Positions 45,776-59,591 are shown, counted from the first letter of the stretch. The stretch is 64,000 bases of DNA from Moniliella sp. 'wahieum' (GCA_003971905.1 RSEE01000022.1:434001-498000), one strand, 5' to 3'. Notes: a model not told the origin generated them from the sequence alone. Numbers and translations are program-made.

Positions 45776-48700
45776 GGCGGGGAGGGTGGGGAGTGGGGAG
45801 AAGAAAGCGTGGGGGATGCGTTGATGAGGACGGGGATGAGGAGGATGGGGATAAGGATAGAGATGGGGCCTGAGGATGGGTTGCCAGTTGGGGTCGAGAT
45901 TCGAGATAGGCTTTGCTGCAGCTACGCTCCGCGGGCGCCCCACATACTGGTTGGGCTGGCACGGGCCTACTCGTGCGTGCGCTGTGTGCGACTGGCCTTG
46001 TCGTGCTGGCTACTGCGTGCTGCCCTGTGCGGACTCAGACCGGGTACTGAGACTACGCTCTCAGACTGGTCCTCAGACCGAGTCGGCAGTTCAAGTGAAG
46101 CTCCAAGTGAACGCGGACGTTGATCGAGGACAGAGCACGGCGGCTCGAGCGCTGCTATCGGCTGGCATTCGAACCACGCCGCCCAATCGATAGCGTGGCC
46201 ACTGCCCCCACGCACCGCCACGCCCGGCCACCCCGCCCAGACAGGGGCCGTGCGCGAGTTGCCACCGCGCCGCCGCAGCACTGCAGCAGCCCAGCCGACG
46301 ATCATCCATCATCCATCATCTCATCCATCATATATCCCTCGGCTGCTAACCCTACCCACAGCACACTGCCCCCGTCCTGCGTCGTTTTAGCCGCCTGGTG
46401 CGTTGCGCTTATTCTGGTTGCAGCTCCGGCCTGCTCAGGGCCTGGCTGCCCACCCAGTCAGCACCCAGTACCCAGCCTTGTCTAGCCTGGGAATCTCAGG
46501 GCGGGTTGGAAGCAGACTCATGCGAGCATGTGCACCGTCGAGGAAGCATGTTCCATCGCAACGTCCCTGTCATCGATGTCATCCCTGCGCGATCGAACAG
46601 AGTGCTTAGTCAGCGCCTCCTCTCGCACTGACCGGTTGAACGATTGAAGCACTGAACCATTGAACGGTTGAAAGGTTGAACAGTCCGCGGTAGAACGCTG
46701 GCTGAACCTCATGAGTTAAGTGTTACATAGTTACATCGACTGCAGATGTTCTCGCGTTGTGGTCTGTGCCGTCTCCGCGTCGAACACATGCCAGGGATAA
46801 CTCTCTCCCGGCCTCAAGTCGGCGGCCAAGGCGGGCCGGAATAGAACCCGCGCTTCCTTCGTTCGCCTGTGGTAGGACGGAAGAGGCGTCAGCTCTGCAG
46901 TTGCCACAGCAGCGTCCGCTCTCCACTACACTACACAATTGTCGTCTTTTGGCTTAAGCAACGACGTCACGATTTCTCTTCCTTTTCTCCCACCATTTCC
47001 ATCACCTACACTCTGATCCACTACGTGCGTTACCGACTCTCTGGCCGGCAACCTCATTTCTAGTGGACACGAGAGGATCCTCGCCAGTGCTTCCTTTCCC
47101 GACTCGGCCACCGATGTACGGTGGGGTCTTTGTTGGAGAGAGACATCGTACTCGGCCTGATGATGCTGAGGAAATTACAAATTAAGCCCATGGAATCCTG
47201 TAGGGCACCCCTCATTCCCTTACCCCAATTCATTTCACCGCTCCCACTCGCCTGTCCTTGTTGAGCCACTGGGCACCCATCATTCTCTTCTCTTTCTATA
47301 ATGGTGGCATCAGGTGATGGCATCGTAAGTGTACTGATATACCTACTGTTACCCCCCTGTCACTTCAAGACACTCACCAGGAAGGCCACGGAGGAGATTC
47401 CATGACTAATAGGGAAGAAGATCAAGCTGCGAAGAAGACCGAACCTGCACTTTTCTCCTCCCCAGCTCACCCTGTGGAGGCAGGCCGAATCACCCGCAGC
47501 TACGGATGTTCCGGTGTCCACTCGGATATCACCTCATTCGGCTCTTCCCGGCTGGCCAGGGAAATGCATCAGAATCCCTCAGTGAGACGCTTGGCTTCTC
47601 AGCCCTACCAACCCCTGCCCTGCCTCGCCTTCGACCTTCATCTGTACTCGTCTTCGACCCAATACGCATGTCCTGGTCCCTTATTTCGAACTTGCAAGCC
47701 CGTCCGATTCGCCTCGGTATTCAATCCTAGCACGAGGACCATCTTTCATTCATTTATTGTGTCTCATTAAGCTTCACCACCAAACATCCTATTAGTCGGA
47801 CCGAACAACAATAAACTCGATATAAATGTATCCTCTTCCGTCACCTCCTATCGAACAGGTGTTCAATCCGACATTCTGGGCCCAAGGAGACGGCCAACGC
47901 GCGCTCACACATTCCATAGTGTTTTCTACCAGGCGCGCTTGCCACATTGGGGCAGCAGCGCAAGCCCCCAGTGCAACTAGGCCGATGACGAAACACAGGT
48001 CCGAGATCGGGTTTAATGGCTCTGATCGCTGCATTGTTTGCCAGGCTGCCTCGAAGAGACATGTGCTTATACCACTGCAAAAGCGTCGGCCCTCTTCCCC
48101 TTCTGCCCCGGCTACCCCTTTCTCCGACGCAGCCTACCATGGTTGTACATGATATCAGCCTCATGTCCCCTGACCACGCGACACTACCGTTTTTGCCGCC
48201 GTTGGTGCCCTGTATGACAAGTACGACAAGGAGCAGTTGGGGGAAGAGCGACTCAAAGAGTCATTCTTGACTGTGGTTGGCAAAATGCCACTTTTGGAGG
48301 ACGAGAGAGGTGCTGCTGTCGCCAGCACCGCGCCTTGACACTCGGATGTGATGGGTCTTTGTTTTGCCCCCCCCCCCCCGCCCACCTGTGCTCTGCTTTT
48401 CAACCGAAAAAGCACAGGATGTGGAAGAGCATGAGGCTGAGATGGCCAGGGCGGCGTGATATGTGAGCGTCGCGGCAATTTTCTGCAGGAGCGAATGCCT
48501 ACTGGCAGAACATCTGCCTCAACGAGGGCATGAAAATCTACATGGCCTCTCTTCCCCGGAAGGGTCTCTAGCCACCTACCCCTTGGGAACGTCCCTCAGC
48601 TGAGCAAGCTCTATCCTAGCCGATCAATTTTCGTCCTCCCTCCTGCCAGTCCAAGCGACCGCCTTAAGTCCAAGGGCCACCTGTAGATGCCGAGATCAGT

Positions 48701-48927
48701 CGCCCAATTCCTCTCACCTATTCAGCCTTGATGTGTTTGTACGACGATTCGGATACCAAGGAGATGATCATCCCCATCGGCCGCTTCCGCTGCCCTTTGG
48801 TGCCCTTGTGGTTAGGTGTAGCCGCGTCAAGCTTCCATCCTTCAAGCTTCACCCTTTCTACGTTTTGAGTTGGACCGCCTTCGCACGTGCATTGGATTTT
48901 GCTGTCACCGACTAGGAACGATGGCAT

Positions 48928-49611
48928 TCACGAGGACGGGTCCGGGTTATCCTTCTCTTGTAGCCCAAGCCACTTCCACAGAGTCCACTCTTCGTACACT
49001 TGGGGCTGTGGGGTTACACCATACCGCTCCTGCCAACCGGGGCGCAAAGTCAACTCGACCTCGCGCATGGTAGCCAGGTTGTTGTAGTAGGACGTTAGGG
49101 AGAAGATGTAGGCCGACGTGACCCCCGCCGCTGTGCCAGGAAATAGATCAGGTTAGCGCGCTTCGGTTGAGCCTACACGAGAGAAGAGACAAAAACGTAC
49201 CAACACCAGCGGCCATAGAGGCATTCCAGGTCATGCCCATATAACGCGAACGTGCGTACAGGTCTGTGCGCAGCAGCAGGCAGGTTAGACGGCAGGCGGG
49301 AGGGAAGGCATACAGAAGATGCGAGGGGGGAGGGGGGAGGAACGTACAGGTGATGAGCCCAGTGCCGAAACCCATGGGGATGCCCTTGTACTGAGCATTG
49401 TTCATCGCCTCGGTGGCATCGGCGGCAGAGAGGGTGTCCGCGTAGGCACGCAGGATCTCGGCATTCTCCTTGCCGGGGGAGGAGGTAAGTTCACCATAGG
49501 GTCAGCCACATGAGTGGGCTGAGCTGGTGCTGGCGCTGCGTCTGGTGCCCCTTGGGGAAGCGGGCCAGATGCGGCAGCGGCGGATGTGGGCTTGGAGGTG
49601 GAGTTGCCCAT
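48928..49611 (-). CDS. Small three-exon predicted membrane protein with N-myristoylation motif, unknown function
   Basis: MGNSTSKP start. Introns 49264-49347 (GTACGT..TCTAAC..CAG) and 49131-49200 (GTACGT..GCTAAC..CAG) splice in frame to GIPMGFGTGLITYLYARSRYMGMTWNASMAAGVAAGVTSAYIFSL..EKDNPDPSS*. One frameshift near 49478. Confidence 0.8.
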
Positions 49612-50005
49612 CGCAGGCGGCGGGACGCGGTGGGAAGGCAGGCGAGGGAAGAAGATGGCTGATGGGATGGTCGGAGACGAGGATGTGCAACGTTGGTTTC
49701 AAATTGCAAACTGCTCCGGTGGGGCATGGAACGCGGCGGATCAGTATTTGAAGTAGGACTATTAGGTCTTGGTAAAGCTATTAGCAACCAGGAACTAGCA
49801 TCAGACATGGGAAGAAAGCAGCAAGTTATAAAGCACCGCCGCCCCGAGTACTGATGGTGGGCGGACGTACAGGAGCACTGTGGCGGCCAACAGCCCCTGT
49901 CGCCCTCCCCTCCTCGGCTCCCAGCACGCAGCACCCCCCCCCCCCCTCCCGCCCCTTATTCGTATTCGCTTCCGTACCATCTACTCCCGTCTCCGGTGGG
50001 CCATA

Positions 50006-53000
50006 ATGAGCACCCCCGCCTCCCCCTCGCCCCCTGCCCTGCTGACCAACAGCGACGACGACACCCGTTCGCTCCGCCGCGAAAATGCTCGGCTGCGCCG
50101 CCAGCTCAATGCCCGCGCCGGTATTGCGACCGACCTCGAACGCCTCGCAGCCCAGCTGGCGGTCGAGCGCGACCAGGCCGCAAGCACGATTGCCTCCCTC
50201 ACTGCCTTGGCTGCCATCTTTTCCCATGGACCCGCCTGGGTCCACATCCTGGCCGACGCGTTGGCTTCCGTGCGTGCTGCGCTGGAGACCGCATCGCAGG
50301 CCGAATGGGACGAGGCACGTGGACACATCAAGATGCTTGGCCCTGCCTTTTCTCTGGCCCATCAAGGCCTGGGCACCAAAAATGAGGAGCAGCAAACGGA
50401 GCATCCTCAGCATGGAAACGACCTCCCCCACCCTGACCCTGGCCACCAACAGGATCAGGATCAAATCGACCGGTTCCAGCACCAGATCCGTCTGTTGGAA
50501 CAGATGTGCGAACAGGAGCGTCAGCTGCGCATGTTGGGCGAGCGTAAATGTGCACATGTGCTTCGGGCCTTGCGCGATCCCGAACTGTCAACATTGGGCG
50601 CTTTGGTCAAGGACCGGTCTAGGGAGGCCCCCTTCAACCCAGCGCCTCCTGATGCACGTGGGTCAAACGCCCCCCATCAGAGGCGCTTCTGACGGGACAA
50701 ACCGAGGTGGTGACGCAGCTGGTCAAGCCGGCCTGTGGCGAGCTGTCTGTGAGCGAAAAGGACCGGGTGGATGGGCAGCTTGCTACGCTAGGGAGCCAAC
50801 CTTATACCGCGCTTGGCCAGTGCGACGTGCTCGAGGAATGCGGCCTCGGCAAGATCGAGTCGGAGAGTGATGGGGACTGTGTGCAACTCCATGTGCTGGC
50901 TCAAGCGAGTGGGCTGCAAGCAGAGACCCAGCCTGGTGATTCTCAGCTGGTACAACAGGCAAAGGATGAGACCGATGCGCTGATGCAAGCAAAGCAACGG
51001 GAGGCGGATGCGCTTGCGCGAGCAGAAACAGCAGAGATGCAAGCGCGCCAATACAAATGCGAGACGCATCAAGCACAGTCGCGCGCCGATGCGGCCGAGA
51101 TGCGGGCGGATAAACTGGCGCGGCAGTTGGACGAGCAGGAGGAGGACCAGGTGCGGCAGATTGCTCACGCGGAACAACACCAGGCCCAGTCCCGCACCCT
51201 TGCCATGGAGCTGGAACAGGCACTGCATCTCTCCAACGAACGGAGGCCGAGCTTACCTTGCGTCTTGCGGACGAAGAAGAAGAGTTGCGGCAAGCTCATC
51301 AAGCGCGCGAGGCGCTTGCGTTGCAGGTGACTGAGATGCGATCGGAGTTGGCGTTGATGCAAAAAAATGGACGAGGTATGGTTCCACTCCGCACGGTGGA
51401 TCGAGCGTTGGACTTGAGCGATCGACTTCTGCGTAAAGGCCATACCGCTTTCGAATCGCTCCAGAAGGAGAAAGACAAGCTAGAATTGCGTTTATCAGAT
51501 GCAACGCAATCTGGCCCTGTCACAGCACTCGCAGGAACAAATGGAACGTACGCGCGATCAGTTATTGCGCCAGCTCAACTTGGCCCAAACCAGAGCGGCT
51601 ACCCTGGCAAAGGAAGTGCAAGATCTTCGCTACAGCCTGAATAAGGACCGTTTTGAGTCCGAGAGGAGTGGTGAGCTTCTCCCCCCCCTCGAGCGGGAGC
51701 GAGACGAGACGCTGGCTCTTCTCATGGTTGTGGGAGGGGAGCGCGACGAACTGCAAGCCCGCTTACGGAAGGCAGAACACACTGCACGTACCTCCCAGTG
51801 GGAGATAGAACGGTTGGAGGCGGACCTACGACAATCTCAGAGACGGGGGGCAGAAGTGGAAAGCGAGTTACAAAAAGCTCGTGCGGATACCCAAACAGCT
51901 CAGCAGGCCAATGAAAATCTGAAGCAAGAGAAGTACCTAGCTCAGGATGAGGCTGAACGAAACCTGCAGTGGGGGAAAGAACTTCATCGCCACCTTGGTG
52001 CGATGGAAGAAGTCTTCGGGCGGGAACTCCAATCGCACTTGGCCGAAGCACGGATGAATGTGCAATCCGACCGTGCACCTACCCCTGTCACCGATCCTGA
52101 CCTGTCGCCGCTGCAAAACAGGCTGGTGGAAGTCGAACAAGAGCTGACTTCGGCCTCTGTTCGGGCGCACGCTTGGGAAGGGGAGCGCACGTCCCTCTTT
52201 CAGCTGATCTCTCAGCTTTGGACCGAGGGAAATCAAGCGATCGAACGTGCTCATTCGCGGAGCAGCTATCCAGCGCCCCTATGCTCGCCTGTATTCCTGC
52301 AACTGGGTCGGAGGTTCGCACAGAACACGTCCCTCAAGTCTCAAGTAGCCCATCCCAGACAGATGAGGAGGTCCAAACCCTGCGGGAAGCACTTTGTCTC
52401 TCGCACCGGGAACGAGAGGAAGAGCGCTTTCGTCGTATTGATGCACAGAAGGGGTATGCTGTTGGTCTCCAAGAAGTCCAGCACGCACTGCTGGAGGCCA
52501 ATCGTGCAAAAAATACCGTTGAAACGCACAAGAGTGTCCTCAAAGAACATGCGCGTGACCTGCTCTGCCGCCTCCAGGAGGCTCAGGAAGATCTGCGCCT
52601 TGCTCCTGCTCAGCGAGATGAATTGTACGTGGACTCGATGCAAAAGTGGGGCTTAACTTTAACAAGAGAGAAAGTAGGCTAACGATTCCAGCAGCGCACC
52701 CACCTTGCCGCTCTCCAAGCTGACTTGGAACCGCTTCAGGCGGACGTTGCCTTGAAGGAGGCAAGGATATCGACTCCCCCTTTGGATCAGGTTACTTCAG
52801 ATATTGCGAAGAAGAGCTCCGATGAACCGGAACCATACGAAGAAGTGAAGGAAGATACTGAGGAGACGACATTGGTCAATTCCCCCACGCTCTCATTGCA
52901 ACGCAAAGCCATGCTGTTTTCGCCTTTGGCCTCACCAGTCACTTCGCCAGCTACTAGTCTGTTCACCCCATTGCCCAAAAAACTAAAGAAGCAGCTTTGG

Positions 53001-53171
53001 TCCTCGCCTCGGAGTCTGAAATCCCCCGCGAAACGCAGCCACCCCCAACCACGCGCCACGGACCCTGTCAGCATGCGCCTGGCTGCAGCACGGGCTGGCC
53101 GAGCCTACGTTCCCCAATGGTCCAGTTTAATTCGCGGACACCCGCGCAGACCTAGGGGGAGGATTGACTAA
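50006..53171 (+). CDS. Large coiled-coil protein (~1050 aa), function unknown
   Basis: Consecutive E/Q/R/L/A-rich heptad frames linked by frameshifts (LRRENARLRRQL..; EQMERTRDQLLRQLNLAQTRAATLAKEVQDL..). S/T-P-rich basic C-terminal tail. Confidence 0.72.
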
Positions 53172-53470
53172 GGATGCAGCCAACTTACCATAATGCAGCC
53201 AATGCAACATCACCCTGATCATGTTTTCAGTCCAGTTTCACTGCTTCTCCATTATGCATTTCCTCACCACCACCACCGTCTGCACATTGTCCTTCCATGT
53301 CCCCGTTCCAATTTTTCACTATCCCCAGGCTTCGGCCCCTTCCTGTTTCGCGTTCCATTCGGCCAATCCATGCTCACATTCTATGCTATGCGAAATACAC
53401 CAGTTTGGTGGCACCCCCAGGTCAACCCCCTCTTTGTGCAAGGCCAAGGTATGCATGTAGTTCACATGGT

Positions 53471-54581
53471 TTACAAATCAAAAAAGTCGTCCCCCTCAAT
53501 TGTGGGAGGTGCCGACTTGGTAGAGGGAGGAGGGGAGGACTTTCTTGGCCTTCTTTTTCGATGGAGGCGCCTTCGTCTCCACCCGGACTCTTTTAGCTGG
53601 GGGTGCTTCTGGCTCACTCTCGGATTCCGATTCAGACTCCGATTCGGAACTAGAGCTGGAGCTGGAGCTGGAGCTGGAGCTGGAGCTGGAGCTGGAGCTG
53701 GAGCTGGAGCTGGAGCTGGAGCTGGAGCTAGAGCTGGAGCTGGAGCTAGAGCTGGAACTGGAGCTCGAGTCAGACTCTGATTCCGAGTCCGAGTCCAAAT
53801 CCAGGCGGGAGGCCTTTTCCTGTGCGTCCTGTTTGGCATGCGCAGGCCTCTTCACTGGTTGGCGAGGTACCTTGTCCTCTTCCTTTTGCAATTCTCGCTT
53901 GGCTTGGTACCGCTCCGACAGCATTGTCTCGGGCTCTTGTTCCAGGTCACCCGCTTCAAACGCTTTCCTCACCTGCTCGTGGAACTCCATTGCCGACTTC
54001 AGCGCCGCATTTCCACTTACCGCATGTTTGGCACGCTTCGCGTCCGACGACAAGTCGACCTGGAGCAGCGACACGTACTTTCGTTCTGGCGGATAAGTCT
54101 GTGGCATGTCAGTTGGTCCGCGTCAGGAAAAGGAGGGGGGGAGCAACGTACCAAAATGTAGTGCAGCAACCACGTGCATAGCGAATTCGGTGCTCCAATG
54201 TCTGCTTGTCTTGCGGCGGGGCTTTGAGGAGCCGGCGCTTCAACTTGGCTACTTGACGCTCGAGCTTTGTACGCTCAATGAACTTGACCTTGTGGTAGCG
54301 CTGGGCAGTATGGGCGACCTTGGTCTGTTCCTCGGCGCGTTGGAGGTCGGAGAGCAGTGCAGCCTCTTGCCTCTCGGCCTCTTGTCGCACATCGGCGCCT
54401 ACGTTGGGTTTGTTCAGCAGGAAGCGCACGCGCCGCAGCTGGGCCTTGAGCTTGTTGATGGACACAGCCTTCTTCTGGGCACGGGGCCGCGTGTTGGAAC
54501 TGGTGCTGCTGGCATCACGCGAGCGGTTGTGGGGCTTGCGCTTGGCCGCCGAGGCCGAGTGGGGCGCCTTCTTGGGGGCAT
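53471..54581 (-). CDS. EFG1: rRNA-processing protein Efg1
   Basis: SINKLKAQLRRVRFLL, AQRYHKVKFIERTKLER, LHYIL|TYPPERKYVSL across intron 54099-54151 (GTACGT..ACTGAC..CAG), C-terminal DDFFDL*. This is the ribosome-biogenesis Efg1, not the Candida APSES factor. Confidence 0.88.
53646..53768 (-). repeat. (AGCTCC)n coding microsatellite, ~41 consecutive Ser in Efg1
   Basis: (GAGCTG)n on the plus strand, flanked by SE/SD dipeptide repeats. Confidence 0.93.
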
Positions 54582-54880
54582 GGTGGTTGGGGTGGTAGCG
54601 GTAGGCCTCGCCAAGCCCGCGGAAGGGTGTGAATGATGATGAGCATCTGGGATGCAGGGGGCAGCCGCCCAAAAAAATAAATCGGTGCAAAGCCACCCTG
54701 CCGGCGGGGTCGACGGTCACGTGAATCGCTGGAGTTAAGCGTTAAGTTGGGTCCTCAATATTCAATGACGTCACGCGTCACGGCCCGCGGGGGCCCGGAG
54801 CGGGGTGTTCGGTGGTCGATGGGCGATCGTCTCGGCAGCTTCCGTCGCTGGCCGACGCCCCCGCAGCCCATCCACCCGCC

Positions 54881-55665
54881 ATGCTCACCGCCTGCCTCCG
54901 TGCCCGCCCGGCCGCCGTCGCGCTCGGCATGGGCTCCAGCACCAGCCTGGCCCGGTGCATGCGTCCGGTGCCCCGCCGCCTCCTCACCACCACCATCCGC
55001 GCAACCGTCCCTGCGACCAACACCCCCGCTTTCCTCACCGCCTATGCCCACCCCCGCCCTCACGCCCACCCGTCAGCCTCCACTGTGAACCACACCCTCT
55101 GGGCTGGCGTCGCGGCCGTGGGGATGGGCGTCGCCGCCTGGAGCGCCCAGGCGGTATATTGTGACGATAGAACTCCTCTTGCTGCCAATGCCAACGCCGA
55201 GCCGCTGCCGGACCCTTCGCAGGAGCCCCCACCCAAATCCATTGTTGATGCCAAACAGCTGGGTTTTGGGACGGTCGCCGGCATTTGCACTGGCGTGTTT
55301 GTCAAAAAGGGTCTCAAGTTGATCGCGTTTGCCTTGGGGGGGATCTACATTCTTCTCCAGTACATGAGCTCGCAGGTATGTCTTGCTTCTCGCCTCTCTT
55401 CTCCCGGGCCGATCACGGCGGCAGTATGAGTCGGCACAGATACCTAACACGCTGGGCAGAGCTGGATCACGGTCCACTGGGGCGCGCTTGCGTCGCGGTA
55501 CGATATTTGGGTCGACGTAGCAGCTGGGGCCCCGAGGACCCAGCGTCGGCTCACTCGTCCAAGGCCTGGCGCATCTGGCAGCGTTTCGCCCACTTCCTTA
55601 CCCACAACTTCCAGGAACGTGCCACCTTCCTTGCTGGCTTTGTCCTGGGAGTTCGTTTGGGCTGA
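54881..55665 (+). CDS. FUN14: FUN14-family mitochondrial membrane protein
   Basis: Arg/Ala-rich presequence-like N-terminus, VYCD, QLGFGTVAGICTGVFVKKGLKLIAFALGGIYILLQY, intron 55376-55459, WITVHW, ATFLAGFVLGVRLG*. Confidence 0.9.
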
Positions 55666-55927
55666 AGCTCGAAGCATTCACGCCTCCTGCTTAAATGATG
55701 ACGGGCCTGCCTCCCTCTCACGCCGTTGGGCTGCCTGTGACTGCAAACTATCGTTCTCAATGGAAGCCGTGCACTCATGCCGCCGTAACTCCCAAGCAAA
55801 GGTATCACCACAATGGAGCTCTTAGGAGTTAGGTGGGCCAGAACAGGTCAAAAGCAAACGGAAGGGAAGTAGAAAAAACGAAGAGAGACGCGGACAAATA
55901 GCTAGGCGCGTGTTAAGACCTCAGGTC

Positions 55928-58183
55928 TTATGCCTTCCCTTTGACCCGGGGCTTGGGTTGAAACTTGCTCCCTGCCTTTGCGATTGCTTGGAATGGAAGC
56001 ATACTCTGAGTCGCCGGTTGCGCCCGTTTCTGACTCGGTTTGCTGGGCTCTTCTTCTGACTGGGCACGTAGGAAATCACGCGCTTTCTTGAAAGCAAGCC
56101 AGCTGTTGCCACGGCGGTCTAGAGGGTCGGGAGCACAGGCGTCCCGCACCTCGGTAGAGAGTGGAAAGTCGGTCAGGGTAAGGTGGGAGAAATGGCTGGC
56201 ACTGGCCTCCAGCGTGGGTGCCAGCCCCAACGCAGCCTCCTGCACGTCTCCCTGTAGCCAAACATCAAACACCCCGGCCCACTCCTTGGCGGGATGAGGG
56301 AATTCCTTGTTGATCAGCACCGTGCGGATCGGGAGACGGTCGTACTCCTCCTCGCTGTCATAGTCCTCCTCCTCCTCGTCCTCCCCTTCTCCTCGTCTCG
56401 TCCTCCCCCTCCTCCTTCTTTAAAGACTGCGCACGGGCTTTCCTGCTTGCCTTTTGGCGTGCCCAGGGGCTGGCGCACTAGAGTAAGTGCTGGGGTACCA
56501 CCGTGCGTCATGGGCGTGGCAGGCTTTGGCAAATTCTCGCACCACCCTCTTGGTGCCCGGGACCTTGAGTGACGTGCCGGCGACAATCAGGAGGTCGGGA
56601 GGGAGGGGTTTAAGCTTCTCTGCCCTCTTGCGCGGCGGCTTGGGCTCAGGTTGGCCCTCCTCTTCTTCGAATAGCGATTTCAACACATCCGTCTCAGGCA
56701 CCGCACTGAGTCCGGTTGACTTCTTTTGTGGGGGTGACGGGCAGGGCAGACAACTCTCCGACAGGGTTTTGTTGAATGAGCGCTTGGGGAACGGGTTTGG
56801 TTGGGCTTCCATCTTCTTGGGGCGCACCTTAACCTCCTTTTTGAGCCGCACCTGGGTTTCCCGCGCGCTTTCAGGAACTGGTGCTTCCCATGGATCCCTG
56901 AGGCCCAACAGGTCGCGCCCAAGGCACTCCCCCACCCGTTCTGCCGATTCGTTTTGCCCCCCATATAGAACCACATCCACCTTCATCTTTCCGATTCCTC
57001 GCGAGCGCAGCCCATTCTCCCGCCACCTCATCCGACACTTCACAGCGCGGACACGGCACCGGCTCACCCGCTTGCAAAAGTTGGAGTGCGTCTTCGCAGC
57101 AGAGCACGCTAGCCCCAGACTCTTTGGGAGGATACCCCACATCCTCCGAAAGGGAGAGCGTACAGGGACAAAGGGAGCATGTGAGTGTATGCAGCGATCC
57201 GTGCAGGGGAATGCAGCGTGGGAACATGGGTTGCGGCCCTTCCTTCGGGCGTGACCAGAGCAACGCAGAATCTGACTGGGACCGAGCAAACGTCCGGCGC
57301 GACGAAAGCGAATCGCCCCCGGCGGGCTCAGCGCGCTTTCTCTTCCGCAACGGCGCATCCCCCTCCACCTTTCCCAGTCCGAACGTCAGCCCTGCCTTGG
57401 CTTCAAGTCCATCAATGTTTTGTGTATAGACACGCAAGAGCCGCCCCTGCTCATCGAGCATCTTGAGCAGGTAGTGGAACGAGGTGGGTTGGGCGGCATC
57501 AGCCATCCGCTTCAGTTCCGAGACCATGGAATAAAATAGGCCGGTCGTCTTGCTTGAGCTGAAGAGGCGGGCGTCAAACAAGTCTTTCCCACTAGTCAAT
57601 CCAGCATCGGGGTGCTGCTCCTTGAGCCGACGGAACAAACCCTCCGACGAGCGAAAGTCGGGGATGTTGGCGGGAGCAGAGACACTAATGCCGGCCCCGC
57701 ACACCACGGCCACCCTGCGCGCACGCATCATTGCTTCAAACACTTTCCCCAGATCCGAGATTGGGTCGGTTGTCATGCGCGCAAACTCGGGAATAGATAC
57801 CGAAGGAGGAAGCGGGACCTCAGCGCGTGCCCGGAGCTGCGCAGGTCCTCAGGCGCGGGTGTAGCGCTTGGCGCACTTGGGGGCATAAGAGTGACGTTCT
57901 CTTTCTGAGAAGCAGTAGTGCTGGAAGCAGAGGACGGGGTCGGTGACGAAGAGGAGAGGGGAACCGAAGGGGACGAGGCAAATGCCGTGATGGGGACTGG
58001 AGTGAGTAGATGCTTTGTGTTGGGCGGGCACGACGGCGCGTCGGGAGCGACGCAAGGGAGGCGGCGCGGGCGCAGGGCTCTCGGGCGGGGTGGGGAGCGT
58101 GTGGCGCGCCTCCTCCTCCGTGGCCGTCTTGGGTGGCGTCTCGGCCGCCGGCGCGCGACAGGCAGCACGATCGTCCGCCCCAT
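55928..58183 (-). CDS. Sir2-family NAD+-dependent deacetylase, Hst3/Hst4 class
   Basis: VVCGAGISVS..IPDFRS, GKDLFDA, LLRVYTQNIDGLE, PLHGSL..CSLC..CPRC, R-x-RGIGK..VVLY, DLLIVAGTSLKVPG, LINKE. Frameshifts; start inferred. Confidence 0.92.
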
Positions 58184-59591
58184 CCTCGAGTTCAAAGGTG
58201 GGGGTGATGGGATCGGAAGCGGCGTCGTGCGCGACAGGCTTGAGCTGGGGGGAAATACACGAGCGAAGGCAAGGCTAGGGTTGGGGCTTGGCTTGGCTAG
58301 GGTTAGCGCCGAGCTCGGCAGGCACAACCCTACCCGCGGCCACTGTCTCGTGTTGTTGTTGGCTCGATCGTCACGTGCTGGCGGGGCGCAATTGGCATGT
58401 GACGTCACGTGCCACACTGGAGCGTGGAAGCTCATCTCAAGCGCGCTCAGCCGCTCACGCACTCAACGTTACGCGTTAGCTGCAACCGCACGTGACGATA
58501 GAATGTTGATCGTCCTGTTGAACGTTCAAAGTGCAAATGCGCGGTGGTTCAGCCTGGGCGTTCAGTCTCAGCGGAATATGCGCTTGCGGAAACAACCACT
58601 GCAGAGGCGGGCGCCCTGTTGTGGTCAATATCAAGGGGTTGGGTTAAGCAACCGCGGCCCGCTAACACGCTGGTCTCGTTTCTGGCAGGTTCGGCAACAG
58701 CTCGGCTTCATTGGACCTAACGCTAACGGTGGATCGGTTCCACCTGCCTATACCACTCATAAATGGCTGGCCAGCACTTTGTCTGGTACTTTTCCTTCCC
58801 TCCGTTCCTGTGTACCACAAGCAAGGGATGAGATGCGGTGTTATTGTCTAGCCGGTACACACCGTATATGCAGCCTGTTCCAGAGACTCGTTTCTCGGAA
58901 AAGCCAAGTGGTCTACTTCCTTGGGATGCATCTCGACTCGCTAGTTTCTTCTTGGACGGATCTTGGCAGGAGAAACATTTCGACCCTGTTGACGTCAATG
59001 ATCTCCCCAATCTCCACCACTAACATTTAAGCCTCCTCCGTCGAAGGCATGCCTTCTCTCCCACCCCTTCGGTCTCAACTCGACCATGACGTTGTATTCC
59101 ATGGACTCGCAGTCCACCATTGGCATGATATGGAGCAAAACTGCTCTGTATTTTACCGCCCTAGTTGTTTCTCTCTAGTATGTCCTCCGTATAGTCGGTC
59201 TCGTCAAAGTCGCCTTATAGCAAGCTGTAATACGAACCTCTATTGTATTAGCTGTCAGTTGCAGATTACTATAAAGACGAACCAACCCCAAATCAAGGCG
59301 AAAAATATGGGCGACGGACAAAAGAGAGGAAGTGCAAACCCCACCGTCAAACGCTCTACTGCTCAACGAATAACTTCCGTGCTCCACCATGATGCATGAT
59401 GCATGATGGTGTCCTCCTACATTTCCTGGGGGCTCAATGAGCCTTGAGCTTGACCTCAAGCTTGAGCTCTGAAATACCCCCAAATTGGTATAGCAGTCGC
59501 TCACGCATACATTTGCCCAGCAATGAAACACGAGACGAAAAGAGCCGGAACGGTCCACTTGCAATGGGGCTCTTCGGAGTGGCAAAAACTT

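Noticed and set aside
49402..49611. Cox17-like small Cys protein
   Set aside because: No CC or twin CX9C motifs; the spliced model gives an unrelated membrane protein.
57918..59030. 370-aa plus-strand ORF (and similar long antisense ORFs, e.g. 60179-61267 and 56487-57254)
   Set aside because: Shadows of GC-rich genuine genes on the opposite strand; no recognisable domains.
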